A DNA stretch of 64,000 nt from Epiperipatus broadwayi (Eukaryota; Animalia; Onychophora). Made by a program: the position numbers and the translations under genes. The stretch covers positions 5,518,001 to 5,582,000 of the forward strand of contig JAQFVV010000007.1 of NCBI GenBank assembly GCA_028023455.1. Reading direction: 5' to 3'. Under the pieces are notes generated by a model, which searched no databases, was not told where the DNA came from, and saw nothing but the letters and a program-made list of their open reading frames with translations. Positions 49,191 to 62,205 of this stretch are shown here, piece after piece; the first letter of the stretch is position 1; every line of letters begins with the position of its first letter.

Positions 49191-51056
49191 GTTATATTTT
49201 TCTAGTTACATTTAACTGTTAATAATAATAATACATAGATTATTATAAAACATAAGGTTTGATGGTATTTTTTTTCTTCTTCAGATATTATTGGATTGAT
49301 TGGAAATCCAGCATGACGATTGAAGTCATAACTTTTAAATTCATGAATACTGAATTTAAGATAATAATCTTATTACTAGGAAGAATATGTAGCTTAGTTG
49401 GCTAGAGTGCCACCTTATATTCAGTAATTCTATATCTAAAGATTACCAATTCAATTCTCATTGTAGAATCTAACTGGTTAGACCAGCAACACTTGCAGAA
49501 GAGGGGAGGAAAATTAATTATTTGAAAAAATATAATTAATTTTTTACTAATCTGTATTTTATTATAATATACTGAATGCATTTGGAAAGGTATAAGTAAA
49601 GTTTGAGTTTTTCTAAAACATTTAAGTACACATTTATACATGGCATATTTATGCATCTTAATTATCTACAGAACCTATTAAATTTTATGATATATCTCTA
49701 AATTTTGAAATGCTTAAATAAATTGTGTTAAAAAGGAAGATATAAATCAGTCATTCAATAGCTCCCTGTTGGAATAAGGCCACTCTGAAATATCTCTGCA
49801 GAGAAACCATGGGGAAAAACATTGGTGCCACGTAAAAAGCATTTATATTTTTAGCATATTTTTTTCTTTAGCTAAGAATGGCTAGACACTCGTTTAACAA
49901 TCAAATAATAATATACTATGTTAAAAATCATGATTAGTAATATAAAGAGAATCAATATAAGCTGATGGAAAATCAAACTCAGCACTAAGAATATTTACTA
50001 GTATTGCTGACGCATTGGTACAGATAAATTAAAGGTATATGAAAAACAAGAATTATAATGATAAAACTAACAGATGTCCTCAAAATTGATGAAGATATAA
50101 AAATCATTGTCAGTTTGACTTCCTTGAGGTTATTAACCAATAAAAGGAATTCTTTCCATTGTTCTTCATGTGAAAGTTATACACTGAGAAAAAATGGTTA
50201 GAAAAGTCATTTAAACTGCGGTGCAAAACTTTTGAAGAGGAAGAACATGAGCATAAGTAAATCTCTCATAAAACATCAGATGAAGTTATATTATAAAACA
50301 ATCTAATTCATTAGAAATATTTATCTGACTCTGAAAGGTCAATAAAATGAAAATGAAGAATATTTCCCAATATTAATGTTCTGTGCGATGCAAGTAAATT
50401 AATACTGTTGAAAAAAAAAAATTATAATAATAGGAAAAACAGCTAACCTAAAAATTTAAGATGTCATAAAAATCATTGAAATTTTTACATTCATATTTTT
50501 TTGATTAATAGCATAATAAATGTATCTAAGTAGCCTGAAAAACAGGTTATAAAGCATTCTAAAAAATTATATTTAAAATGTGACTAGATGTCAAAAATTA
50601 TTTATTATTAATAGGCATGAATTTAACCTACATAGTTGAATAATTTTAACATGATTTTTAAATAAAAATCATATTTCTTGAATGATTTTAAATTTTTTCT
50701 AAGTTTAAAAAAAAGGGTTGCTTTTTTAAAGAAAATTACAACATTTTAAAAATCATCTAGAACCAAATTGTTTAGACATAATAATATAAAATATTAACTT
50801 GTCATTAATGTGTCAATATTTCAGAATAATAATATTAAAAACTGATATTCAATCTTAAATTTTCTCTATTGTTTTTGTTATCTACTTATAATATGGATTT
50901 TTTGCTATGCTAATAATTTTCAATATGAATGATAAAAACTATAATGTTTTTGTTAAAAAATATGATTATTAGTTTGTGATATTTATGTCATCCCCTCTTC
51001 TCACAAACTCTCTGGGTGTTTTGTACTTGTTTATATAATTTTACTTGTACTATTTA

Positions 51057-51265
51057 TAATTATTAGAGACCACTCCACTCCACATGCCTGCTAGATAGAT
51101 TTAAACATTTAATGAATACTCCCCTTTCCAAACCCAAGATAAAGTAGAGTATTCATTAAATGTATATCTTTTCAAAAGAGTTTAACTTCTGTTTGAAAAG
51201 GAAAATGTCCATTAAATGTTTAAATCTATATAGTGCATAGGTAGTGGAGTGATCCCTGATTATTA
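51057..51265. repeat. Multi-stem palindromic element (MITE-like)
   Basis: Outer arms accactccact...tagatttaaacatttaatg / cattaaatgtttaaatcta...agtggagtga enclose two further hairpins (~51106-51160 and ~51168-51200). Confidence 0.55.
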
Positions 51266-51421
51266 TTACATATTAAAAACATAGCGCTATATAAATAAAC
51301 AACTCATTATATGTGTTTATACTATTGATGTATTTTTTTTTAAATTTATTCTATTTATATCATTTCTATGCAATCTGTATTTGGCCTACAGTATTATGGA
51401 ATTGCAGATTTCATAAATACT

Positions 51422-51423
<2 letters not shown>

Positions 51424-51475
<52 letters not shown>

Positions 51476-51528
51476 GTAGTAGTAGTAGTAGCAGTAGCAG
51501 TAGCAGTAGCAGTAGCAGCAGCAGCAGC
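51424..51528. repeat. Compound trinucleotide microsatellite (AAT)n(AGT)n(AGT/AGC)n
   Basis: Directly visible. Confidence 0.95.
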
Positions 51529-51529
51529 A

Positions 51530-54500
51530 CTATTGTTCAGTTAGATATAGTCTGCATTTGACTCTGTCTCTATTCCCATTCTGAATGATATACTAGCCAA
51601 CCCTACCATTCCAAGTATTCTACTTAATTACCAACTTATTGTAGAGCAAAGATATATTTATTGCTCTCAATGGAAAACATTTACCATCATTCACCCCTAT
51701 GCAATCCATCACCTGAAGCTCACCTCTTAGTGTTTGCTCATTTTCTACATAAATCCCCAATTAAAGCATATACAACAGACATTTCAGGCATCCAAATTAT
51801 ACATAATCACTAATATATTTCATACCTAGCATACATGGAAGATGTCACTGTCTTTCTGTCATCTTGTAAGCATCTCTCCATATTACAAAGCATTCACAAT
51901 CAATATACTGCCACATATGATCTTAGATTTAACATGACTAAGCAACATGGCTTATATACACCAACAAATCCTACACTCAAATATTCCACTGAAAGGCAAC
52001 CCACTTTATGTGGGCTCACTTGCAATGAAGAACCTTACAAAACAAGCTTAAAGAAAATGTCACTCAGATTACCAACTCTTTCTCCAAAGCTTATTTCTCC
52101 TTGTATGCTAAAATTCACCTATTTAATATACTCGTAAAGACTAAGATTACATTTTATTTGCCTATTGTTAAATTTTCAAAATTGTTTAATTCTACCATGT
52201 TCTCCCTCTGCAACAAGCTAGTATGTGGCAGGAAGATGCTTTCAGTTTCAGCTAAGAAAGTTGCTTACCCATTAATAATAGTCTAGACCTCTACATTATC
52301 CAAATGTTATATATTCAAAAGTCATAAAATTCAATTGCATCAGTGATTCAAAAGTTCCCAGCACTCTGATTGCTATTGCAAGTAATTCCTATTGATAAAT
52401 CTCTCTCTTTCTCAGCTTCACTTCTCACAACACTTTACCAATGGATTCTATCAGCATTCAACTGATCAACCTTCCCCATGACTAATAAATGCACACAATG
52501 AGAAACATATTCCATACTATATTCAGAAGCCAATAAAAATTTTGTTCTCCCATGCTTGGTATCAATAACCACCATGTACTCCTCTCCTTCAAAAGATGGT
52601 TCTTGGTGCCTAAAGTTTTTGATTTCCTAGTTTGCATTGCCAACAGCTCATTTTCTTTGGTATCGTTGTCTATACAAAAATATAAATCCATTCTGTACTT
52701 TATGTTATGTGGCAGAGGAAATTCAACAAGATCTCTTTCAACAGTTTTAAGTCCTCAATCAAATCAGGACTATTATGCTTAATACATATAAATGACCAGT
52801 TGTATCTATACAACAGCTAATTCAATCCTATCAGAAGATACACCCCCACAGCACTTTGTATTTCTTCTGATGCACTCCTTACATTTTCACCATTGGGAAC
52901 AATACCAGAAGACACCAGCTACATTTCTCAATAAGCTTTGACAAATCAAAGCCCAGGATAGCAATACTGCACCCTCAGATATTTTTGCTGTAACCTGGTC
53001 ACTACTGAAACAACCATCCAATCTATAAAAGGTCATAGTTCAACTATAACCACATTAAATAGCATTTAAGGATACTATCCATTACTTTCAAAATAGTTCA
53101 CCTTCATTAATTGCCTTTAACACCATCCATCACCAGTCTTCAGAATTTACTCCCCACCTATTGCAATCCACCAGCTGCTTATCATATGTAGATCTACCCC
53201 GAATTGACTTTGTTTTTTTGTACAGCATCCATAATTTGATTTCATACAACATGGGTTATAAGTTATCTTCCTATTGTACTTCAAGATTAATAATTAAAAG
53301 ATTATTTGGCTGTAAATAACTTCCAATATGATGCCAGATTTTACAATCTTAGATCATATCTATCTATCTATGAAGTTGAATTTTATATTGAACTGTATTT
53401 TAAGACTTTAATTATCATTTCTGTGTTCAAAACTTGTAGCAGCATTTGTAAAAAAAATATCTTGCAACCTGATTGGTGTAATTCTTAAAATTAATCCATA
53501 TAACAACCTGTACAACATAATCATAAATTTAACCCTTATAATCAAAGTTATGTAATGTTATGTAATTCAAAGAATTAATAAAAATTATTGTTGAAATAAT
53601 AATAATAATTTTAGTTCCCAGTTAATCTTAATCCTGTCATCACATTCATTCCAAAAACTCCTGTTGCAAATCCTAAGAATTTGCATAATATTAGTTTTTT
53701 TAAAGACAAATTTCAAGTCATCACAAAGACTGAACTTGACCTACTTAGATAACACTCTAGTTATAAAAAAAACTCCATGTATGTAATGGATAATTTGCAA
53801 AAAAAAATATTTTATTAGCAGCAGTAAACCTTAGTATTGCTAGGCAACAAGGAAAAATTTCTCAGTTTAAACCGCAAAAGACTACCCAAAATCTGTAATA
53901 TTTAAGGTAAATTTAACATATATTGAAACAATTGTTACCAATTAACTATGCCACACATATTTTCTAAGATAAATTTTGAATTTACATTAGCTTTTTTTTT
54001 AAAAATGACATTTTTAGCTCATTAAAACCAATCAAAATGCTGCCATACAATCACAATACCAAATGGTTGGTTCCAAAACCTATTCTAGCATATTGTCAGC
54101 TTTATCTCATGAAAAAACATGCCAGAATCCTCAAGAACAATTTCCATGTCAGCAATAGACAAAGTATTTCAAGTCCATTAATGAATAAGCCAATTTGAAG
54201 TTTCAGGACAACCAATGCAAACAACAATTAATCAGACTTAAATGCACAAGATTATAACCCTCCTTCCATGGTGTGGTTGACTGGTATGCTGACAATAATT
54301 TGTCAAAATTTATTATTACCATTCCACAGGGATATTTTGCATTATTTAAGACATTTTCCCTTCATGTCTATCATTGATATGCCATCCACTTCATCAACCC
54401 ACTAATCCAAAAAATTTACAAGATTACTCCACCAACTTACCTCAAATGAACTTTAAATGCCCATCACATGAACAATAAGACATCCTTAATACTTATAGTG

Positions 54501-55073
54501 CTCACCAATTATTATGCACAATTTATGTTCAGCCATATACTAGTGGAATACTAACTTCAATCACTCTCCCTAAATGTACTAACAAATATTTCCATATGCT
54601 TTCATATATTTACCTCATAATGCTTTTGTAAAATTTTGTTATGCAACAATTATTTTTCTTTCAATTACTGTAAATCATCTTTTTTTATCATAAACAAATT
54701 GTAAACCTGAATATGTAATCTCATGTATCAAATTGTATCTAAAAACTCATGTTTTTCACTTGCAATTTATGTAACAACTGAACAATAAGACAGCCATGGA
54801 AATTATAATCCTTCCCACCAATTAGGCCCAATTTATATACAATCATATATAAATCTAACATCAACTCCAACCCACACCCATTTATGTTTTTCCTCATACA
54901 ATCGTGTGCTTCCATGTATTTTTCTCAATATCCCATTTAAAATTTTTATGCAAACCTAATTTGACATGGCTTGTTATATATTGATTATTCTTCTTTCAAT
55001 TGCTGTAAGCCATGTTTATTTTTTCCTGCCCCATGCAAGATTGTAAATTCTTATTGCATATATACTATCATGT
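51530..55073 (+). mobile_element. Old LINE remnant related to the L1/Tx1-like element at 27650-33005; its 3' tail probably continues at 58289-58370 beyond the RTE insertion
   Basis: 51835-52137 EDVTVFLSSCKHLSILQSIHNQYTATYDLRFN resembles 27971-28273 DNVVVFLPSVDLISRLQQICTWYTETYRLEFS. Heavily decayed; AATAAA at ~58340. Confidence 0.5.
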
Positions 55074-55084
55074 ATTAACTTGTA

Positions 55085-58000
55085 AAGGAGTTTGCTATTA
55101 ACTGAAAAGAGACCCTTTGATTCCTCTTGGAGGCCTTAAAGGAACCAAGCCGGGCAAATTCCTAAATGTCCACTCCATACGTTCTTGTCATTGCAGCTGT
55201 TATTACTATGTGATTATTCATATAGTATACGAACATGGATGGGCTGCTCACCAACATGCATTAGCCAGCGTGGTGAGTTTATTGGCTTTTTACCTCCGAG
55301 TTTAAGAGTATTTTTTTAATATATACAATCATGACAGACAAAAATAAATCATGGCCCTTATTCCCAGGAGGCTGTAAAGTCACCAACCAAGGCAGCGGTT
55401 GGTGGCCGAAGGCGGAGGGTGCTAAGAATCCCCTGATTGCGGACGCAGGCTGCCATTTGATAACGACTTTTTATTTAGGTACTTACAACTGCAGATCACT
55501 TTCAAGTGAAGGAAGATTGCAAGAGTTAAAAGAACTATCTTATATTAAATGGGACATTATTGGACTTTGTGAAGTTAGAAGAAAAGGTGAAGAAACAATT
55601 GATTTAAAAAGTGGACATATACTCTACTATAAAGGCACAAATATTGGAAATACAAGTGGAGTAGGATTCATTATAAATAAAAAATGGAAGAATAACATTT
55701 TGGAGATTGATGGTGTATCAGACAGAGTGGCAAGATTAGTTTTACAACTTAATAGCAGATACCAAATGCAGATAATTCAAGTTTATGCCCCAACAAGTTC
55801 TCACAGTGATGAAGTTATAGAAGATTTTTATATGGATGTACAAAAAGCTTTTGATCAGAGTAAACAACATTTTAAAATTGTTATGGGAGACTTTAATGCT
55901 AGAATTGGTAAACAATTGAAAGATGAAAATGCTGTAGGTAATTTTGGTTATGGTAATAGAAATGAGAGAGGACATAAACTTGTGGAGTTTGCAGAAAAAG
56001 AAAAACTTTATATTATGAATTCTTTTTTTGAGAAAAATGTTAAAAGGAAATGGTCATGGAAGCATCCAAATGAAAGTACAGCAGAATTGGATTATATTTT
56101 GACTAACAGAAAATACATATTTCAAGATTGTAATGTTCTTAATAAATTTAACACAGGAAGCGATCATCGATTAGTAAGATGTAAGATACATGTTAATGCA
56201 AAACTAGAGAGACAAAAATTATTAAGAAAAGCAATATTTACAGTTGATATTCCTAATCTTCAGAAACATTCTAATGAATTTAAATTAGAACTTACAAATC
56301 GGTTTCAAGTATTAGTAGATTTTGAACATGATTCAGATTTGAATGACATTAATAGGAAAATAAGTGATACACTTTTAAAAACTGCAACAAAGATAGCTGG
56401 TAGAAAAAAAGCAGCAATTGACCAATAAAATTTCTACTGAGACTAGAGAATTTATGAAGAAAAGAAGGAATATGAGGATATATAACAATGATGCATTAAA
56501 AAAGATTGAATGTCTCGAAATTTTGTAAAATGGTGCGGCAAAGAGTTGAAAATGATATAATAAAGTATAATTGTGAACTAGCAAGAAAAGCTGTAGAAGC
56601 GAATAAAATTCTAAAGAGTGTAAAACAACATTTTAGTATTGGTAGAAAATTTATATCTGGAATAAGAAAAAAAGATGGCATTATTACTAAAAAGAGGGAT
56701 GACATCATGAAATGTGTAGAAGACTTCTATCAAGAATTATATAGTAATAAAAAACAAGTGCCTCCTATACCTATTATATCTTCTGAATTGTCCAGAATTT
56801 TGAATGAGGAAGTGAGACATGCAATTAAATTTATGAAGAAAGGGAAGGCTCCAGGTAATCATGGAATTATAATTGATATATTAAAAGAAGCATGTGAAGA
56901 AATAGAATTTTTTTTAGCAAAGTTATATACCAAATGTCTAAATGATAAAGATGTACCAGATGATTGGAAGAATGCAGTATTAATATTGATATTTAAAAAA
57001 GGTGATAAAGAAGATATTAGAAATTACAGACCTATCAGTTTTATACAAAATTTTTACTAAGATAATTACAACTCGTCTACAGAAAACACTGGATTTCCAG
57101 CAACCAAAAGAACATGCTGGATTTAAAAGTGGTTTTAGTACAGTAGATCATATCCAGGTATTGAGAGAAATTATAGAAAGGATAAATGAATATGAGTTGC
57201 CATTATGCTTAGGATTTATAGACTATGAAAAGGAATTTGATTCTGTAAACATTTCTTCAGTGATTAAAGCATTGGATCATCAAGGTGTAGATCCAGGATG
57301 TTGTCATATTTTAAAGAATATTTATAAAAACGCAACAGCAACAATTAGATTACATAATGATACTAAAAAAGTCAACATTGAAAAGGGTGTAAGACAGGGT
57401 GACTCCATATCTCCAAAACTTTTTACAGCAGTGCTGCAAGAAGTATTTTGTGGATTAAAATGGGAAGCTAAAGGAGTGAAAGTAAATGGAGATAAAAAAA
57501 AGTCATTTAGATTTTGCAAATGATGTAGTTGTTTTTGAAAATAATGCTTTAGAGCTACAGGAAATGTTGCAGGAGTTATCAGATGAAAGTAGGATTAAAG
57601 ATAAATGTTAAAAAAACTAAAGTAATGTTTAATAGATTTTCTCAAAATATGAAAATAAAGATTGATTATGATGAGTTAGAAGAAGTTAACAGTTACAAAT
57701 ACCTTGGTCAGATTATTAATACAGATGAAAATATAATGGATGAAATTAATCATAGAATTAAACTTGGTTGGAGTGCTTTTGGTAGAAATAACTTGATACT
57801 AAAAGGAAATATGCCTATGTGTTTGAAAAGGAAGGTTTTTAATAAATGTGTTTTGCCAGTTCTTACTTATGGATCTGAGACTTGGACACTTAATAGAAGA
57901 GCAGTACAGAGATTTCAGACCACTCAAAGAAGTATGGAGAGTTGCATGTTAGGAGTAACAAGAAGGGATTGAAAACGCGATGTATGGGTAAGAGAACAAA

Positions 58001-58277
58001 CAGGTGTTACTGACCTCATTGAAAAAATTAAAAGACTGAAGTGGACTTGAGCTGGACATATTGTTAGAAGAGGTGATAATAGATGGACAATTGAAATTTT
58101 AAACTGGATTCCAAGAGATTGTAAAAGACCCAGAAAGAGACCACATGTGAGATGGATGGATGAAGTAAGACAGTGTGCAGGGGTGACGTGGAAAAGAGAA
58201 GCTAAAGGTAGGAAAAGATGGATTGAATGTGGAGAGACCTTCATCCTGCAGTGGATTGATAATGGTTGATGATGATG
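55085..58277 (+). mobile_element. Near full-length RTE-clade LINE (single APE-RT ORF, now disrupted)
   Basis: APE 55331-56428 (GTYNCRSL, GLCEVR, GDFNARIG, LDYIL, SDHRLV) and RT fragments (YRPIS, DYEKEFDS, GVRQGDSISPKLF, YLGQ, LTYGSETW). (TGA)n tail. 11-bp TSD ATTAACTTGTA at 55074-55084 and 58278-58288. Several stops and frameshifts. Confidence 0.95.
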
Positions 58278-58371
58278 ATTAACTTGTAGCTAAGCCTATA
58301 TCTTTTTGTATGTAATTCATGTAACCCTTTTTGAGTCTTAATAAAGTTTACCTCGGAAACATAATGATATT

Positions 58372-58393
58372 AATGATGATGATGATGATGATG

Positions 58394-58425
<32 letters not shown>

Positions 58426-58443
58426 TTATTTATTTATTTATTC
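58372..58443. repeat. Compound microsatellite (ATG)n(AAT)n(TTTA)n
   Basis: Directly visible. The TTTA part is the probable tail of the CR1-like element on minus. Confidence 0.9.
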
Positions 58444-59815
58444 ATCATGAAGCAAACAATAAATGTATAATACAGTGAGATAAATTCCATACAAGAAAAA
58501 TCTTGTGTGAGGAATTTAAATGTAACAACTAAAAACACTAATAAAATACAAAAACAACAAAAAAAAAAAAACGTATAAATATAACAAAATATTAAAATCA
58601 CACAGATATTGCATTTGGCAATTCAATCACAGTAATAAATAATTACATCATAACATATAATATAAACAAAAAAAATAAAACTAATGCTTAGCATAATATA
58701 ACCAGTGCCATAAATGCTTTTTAAAAATCAAATAAGATAGTATTCATTAAATTCCAGAACAATCTCTTATAAATACATATTAAATAATTTAGGACCATTA
58801 TAACTAAATTGCTTCCTACTGGATGTTTTAAGAAAATTATGTAAAGCTAACTGATATTTAGTAGATAAACGAGTATTTACTAAAAAACACTAATAAAATA
58901 CAAAAAAATATATATATAACATAAAATATTAAAATTATACACAGATTACATTTGGAAATTCAATAACAGTAGTAAATAATTACAACATAACATACAGTAT
59001 AAACAAAAATAAAATAAAATAAACAAAATAAAACTAATGCTTAGCATAATATAACCAGTGCCATAAATGCTTTTTAAAAATCAAATAATTAGTGCTCATT
59101 AAATTCACAGAACAATCTCTTATAAACATATTAAATAATTTAGGACCATTATAACTAAATTGCTTCCTACTAGATGTTTTAAGAAAATTAGGTAAAGCTA
59201 GCTGATATTTAGTAGATAAACGAGTATTTACAACAGAAGATTTAGTATCTAAATGAAGTTTCCTACAATAAATATCAAGAATCACTCTATATTTATACAA
59301 ATGGAAAACATCTAGTATATTAAAAGTGGCATAAATATCTTTAACAGATGTGGCACGTGATCTACCAAAAATGATACGCATTGTATAATTCTGTAAAACA
59401 GACAATGTAGTCATTGCAAAAGTAGAACAGTTCCCCCAAACTGATATATTATAACATAATAAGCTTTGATAAGAAGAAATATATAAAGTAATCAAAGCTG
59501 ACCGAGGAAAAAATTTAGATAAGTAGAAAAACATATAATTTAATTTACATAAACGAGAACAAAGGAAGTCAATATGGTTTGACCAAGATAGTCTGGAGTC
59601 AATAAAAACACCTAGATAGCAAATATTATCAACAAAAGAAATGTTAGCACAAGTACAAGTGCTATTACAATGCCAAAAATACTTATTACAAATAGTAATG
59701 TTAAGCGAATGAATATTTGACCTATAAGAAAAATTAATAGCTTTTGTTTTACTCAGATTAATTGATAAATTATTAAATGCTAACCATTTACTAATTAGGA
59801 TTAAATCATCATTAA
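58426..59815 (-). mobile_element. 5'-truncated CR1/L2-group LINE with a 351-bp tandem duplication near its 3' end
   Basis: ORF 59034-59815: SKWLAFNNLSINLSKTK, YLGVFIDSRLSWSNHI, NGPKLFN. (TAAA)n tail. 58529-58879 duplicates 58880-59231. Confidence 0.85.
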
Positions 59816-59836
59816 TAATAATAATAATAATAATAA

Positions 59837-59931
<95 letters not shown>

Positions 59932-59940
59932 ACAATAATA
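59812..59940. repeat. Compound microsatellite (AAT)n(AGT)n
   Basis: Directly visible. It produces the poly-T/poly-I stretch of ORF 59034-59948. Confidence 0.95.
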
Positions 59941-60569
59941 TGTGTCATAGATGGAACCTTCTATTAGTGTTTTGGCTTTTGATTCTATTTATTTATAATT
60001 ATTTCTTATGTTTGAATGTTTTTGATGCTCAGTTGTTGTGATTTATTGACTGTTCACAAAATGTTTGCTCTTTTGGCATAGAAAATTTAACTTCAGAAAT
60101 TCTTAAAAATAATAAGTTTGTTTTTATATTTGTTCTGCTTTACTTATTTAACCCTTTTTTTATTTAATGGCCAGTTTCTGAGCATTTAAAAATTGATGTT
60201 ATTATCCTCATTTTTAAAAGGGTGATCCATTTGTTATCAGTATTTATAGCCTTATTTTAATCAACTTAATTATTGCTAAAATATTTGACATGGTTGTCAA
60301 GGATATAATGATGTCATTTTAAATATCCATATTGCATTTTCTTTGTACCAGTTTGATTTTGTTGCTAGAAAATGCATTTTGGATAAGAATACTCAGATGC
60401 ATAATGCAGCATCTTCATTATAAGGGTCTTAAGATTACAGTGATGTATTTGGATATATGATTCGGTTTATTAAATAATTCTTCTGTACCAGTTGTATTCA
60501 TGTAGTTCTCATGGTCATATTTCCCTTCCTAGTTAAAGTTATTTAAAATATAAAAAGCAGGAAAGCAAA

Positions 60570-61100
60570 ATTCTTGGTGGGATTAATGATTTTAAATTTA
60601 CTGACTATGGAGTTTTACAGGATCTGTACTCGAGTCTATTATTTTTTTATTTATATAAATGACATCTTTACTTTAAGTATGAATTCAGTGGATTATGGTT
60701 TAGCTGATGGTAATGCTTTGTCCTATGATGCTGTTTTATATAGTTTTCTTGAGCAGGTTACTAATAAGGATTTAGCTTTGGCTTATGCTAATCTATTTTC
60801 ATTTAATATCTTTATTTGTACTCATAAAATTCATTGCAATGTTATTTGTATTTGTAAAAATATTGTTTTTATTGATAATTTTTATTATTTGGAAGTTTTT
60901 ATTAATGCTAGATTATCTTGGTCATATCATGTTGATTACATCAGATAAACTACTTGCATTATTTAGTGAAATTTTTGCTCAGATGTGTTTTGTTAAATAT
61001 TTATATTGTTTAATATTAAAGTTATTATTTGAGTTAGTTGTACTATATACAAGCTATCCTCATTATGTACTTTGCAAAATCATACTGTGTGTATTACTAC
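60570..61100 (+). mobile_element. Older CR1/L2-group RT fragment
   Basis: FFIYINDI, LADGNAL, YLEVFINARLSWSYHV in ORF 60574-60948. Confidence 0.7.
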
Positions 61101-62010
61101 TGATAGATTTATTTTTATGCATAATATTTATGATAATTCTTCTGTATTATGTATTACTAATCTTTATAAATATGGAATAATTATTGATATATATATTTTC
61201 ATAGTTTTTTAATGCTAAAGCTTTTATTATAAATATTCATTTAGACAAAACGTTATAGACAATTCAGTTTCGATGGTGTCAGACTGTTTAATTCTTTTGT
61301 TACTGTCTAATTACTGGATGTTGCATATATCTCATTTCCTGTATTTAAAAAATGTTTGCAACTTCGATTATCCTATTTTATATAATGATTTTTATTTATT
61401 GTTGTTGTTGCTTTTTTTAATCATTTTATAAATTGTAATGCTATATTTTGTTTTGTTTCTTGTTTAAAGTTATTTATGTTTTGTATTTTAATATATTATG
61501 TAAGTAAATAAATTATTAAAATCTGTTACTCTTAAATTTTCTTCATTGATTCTGTTTTCAAATTTATAATAACGCCTTTTGCAGCGCCAATCATTTCCTT
61601 ATTTTTCATGCTTTTTAAGTTTTACTTATACTACTTATGTAATTTTTTTTTTTATGCTATTTATTTAATTTCTGTGCAGTCTATAATTCGCCTATGATGC
61701 TGTGAAATTGTATATTAAATAAACAATAATTGAATTCAATTGTTTGTCTAATGTATAATTACACAAAATTATAGGCCAATTATAGATTGCACAGAAATTA
61801 AATAATATAAATAAATTTAAGAGAAAAAAGTTATATAAATAGTATAAATAAAAGTATGGAAAAAAAAAAAAGCATCAGAGGAATTATGAAAAAAAAAGAA
61901 AAAGACATCATCATAGTAAACTAATTATCATATTTTCTAATAACAACATAGATCAGTATTATAGTTTTTATTATTCAAAATAAAATGATTAGCATTACAA
62001 AAATCTTTAT

Positions 62011-62205
62011 TAACTGAATATACCTGTATCAATATATGTAATATATAGGGTATATGAGCATAGACTTTCACACGACCCATCACTCTATCTCATATCACTG
62101 ATACACTTGAACACATATTATTTATCTTTTCAACATATATGTGTTCAAGTGTATCAGTGATATGAGATAGAGTGGTGAGTGGTGGGTCGTGTGAAAATCT
62201 GTGCT
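62011..62205. mobile_element. Family B fold-back lacking the ribozyme
   Basis: The left arm 62011-62116 (antisense) and right arm 62117-62205 (sense) are inverted copies of family B sequence downstream of the hammerhead. Confidence 0.8.

Noticed and set aside
51313-51561. Poly-Asn/poly-Ser ORF
   Set aside because: Translation of the microsatellite at 51424-51528.
55085-55460. HDV-like ribozyme at the 5' end of the RTE (known in some RTE elements)
   Set aside because: A strong hairpin (gtcaccaacc/ggttggtggc) and a GCTAAG motif exist, but I could not build the P1-P3-L3-P1.1 nested pseudoknot by eye. It needs a descriptor search.
59034-59948. 304-aa ORF with poly-Thr/poly-Ile N-terminus as a novel protein
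   Set aside because: It is a microsatellite read-through fused to a truncated CR1-like RT.
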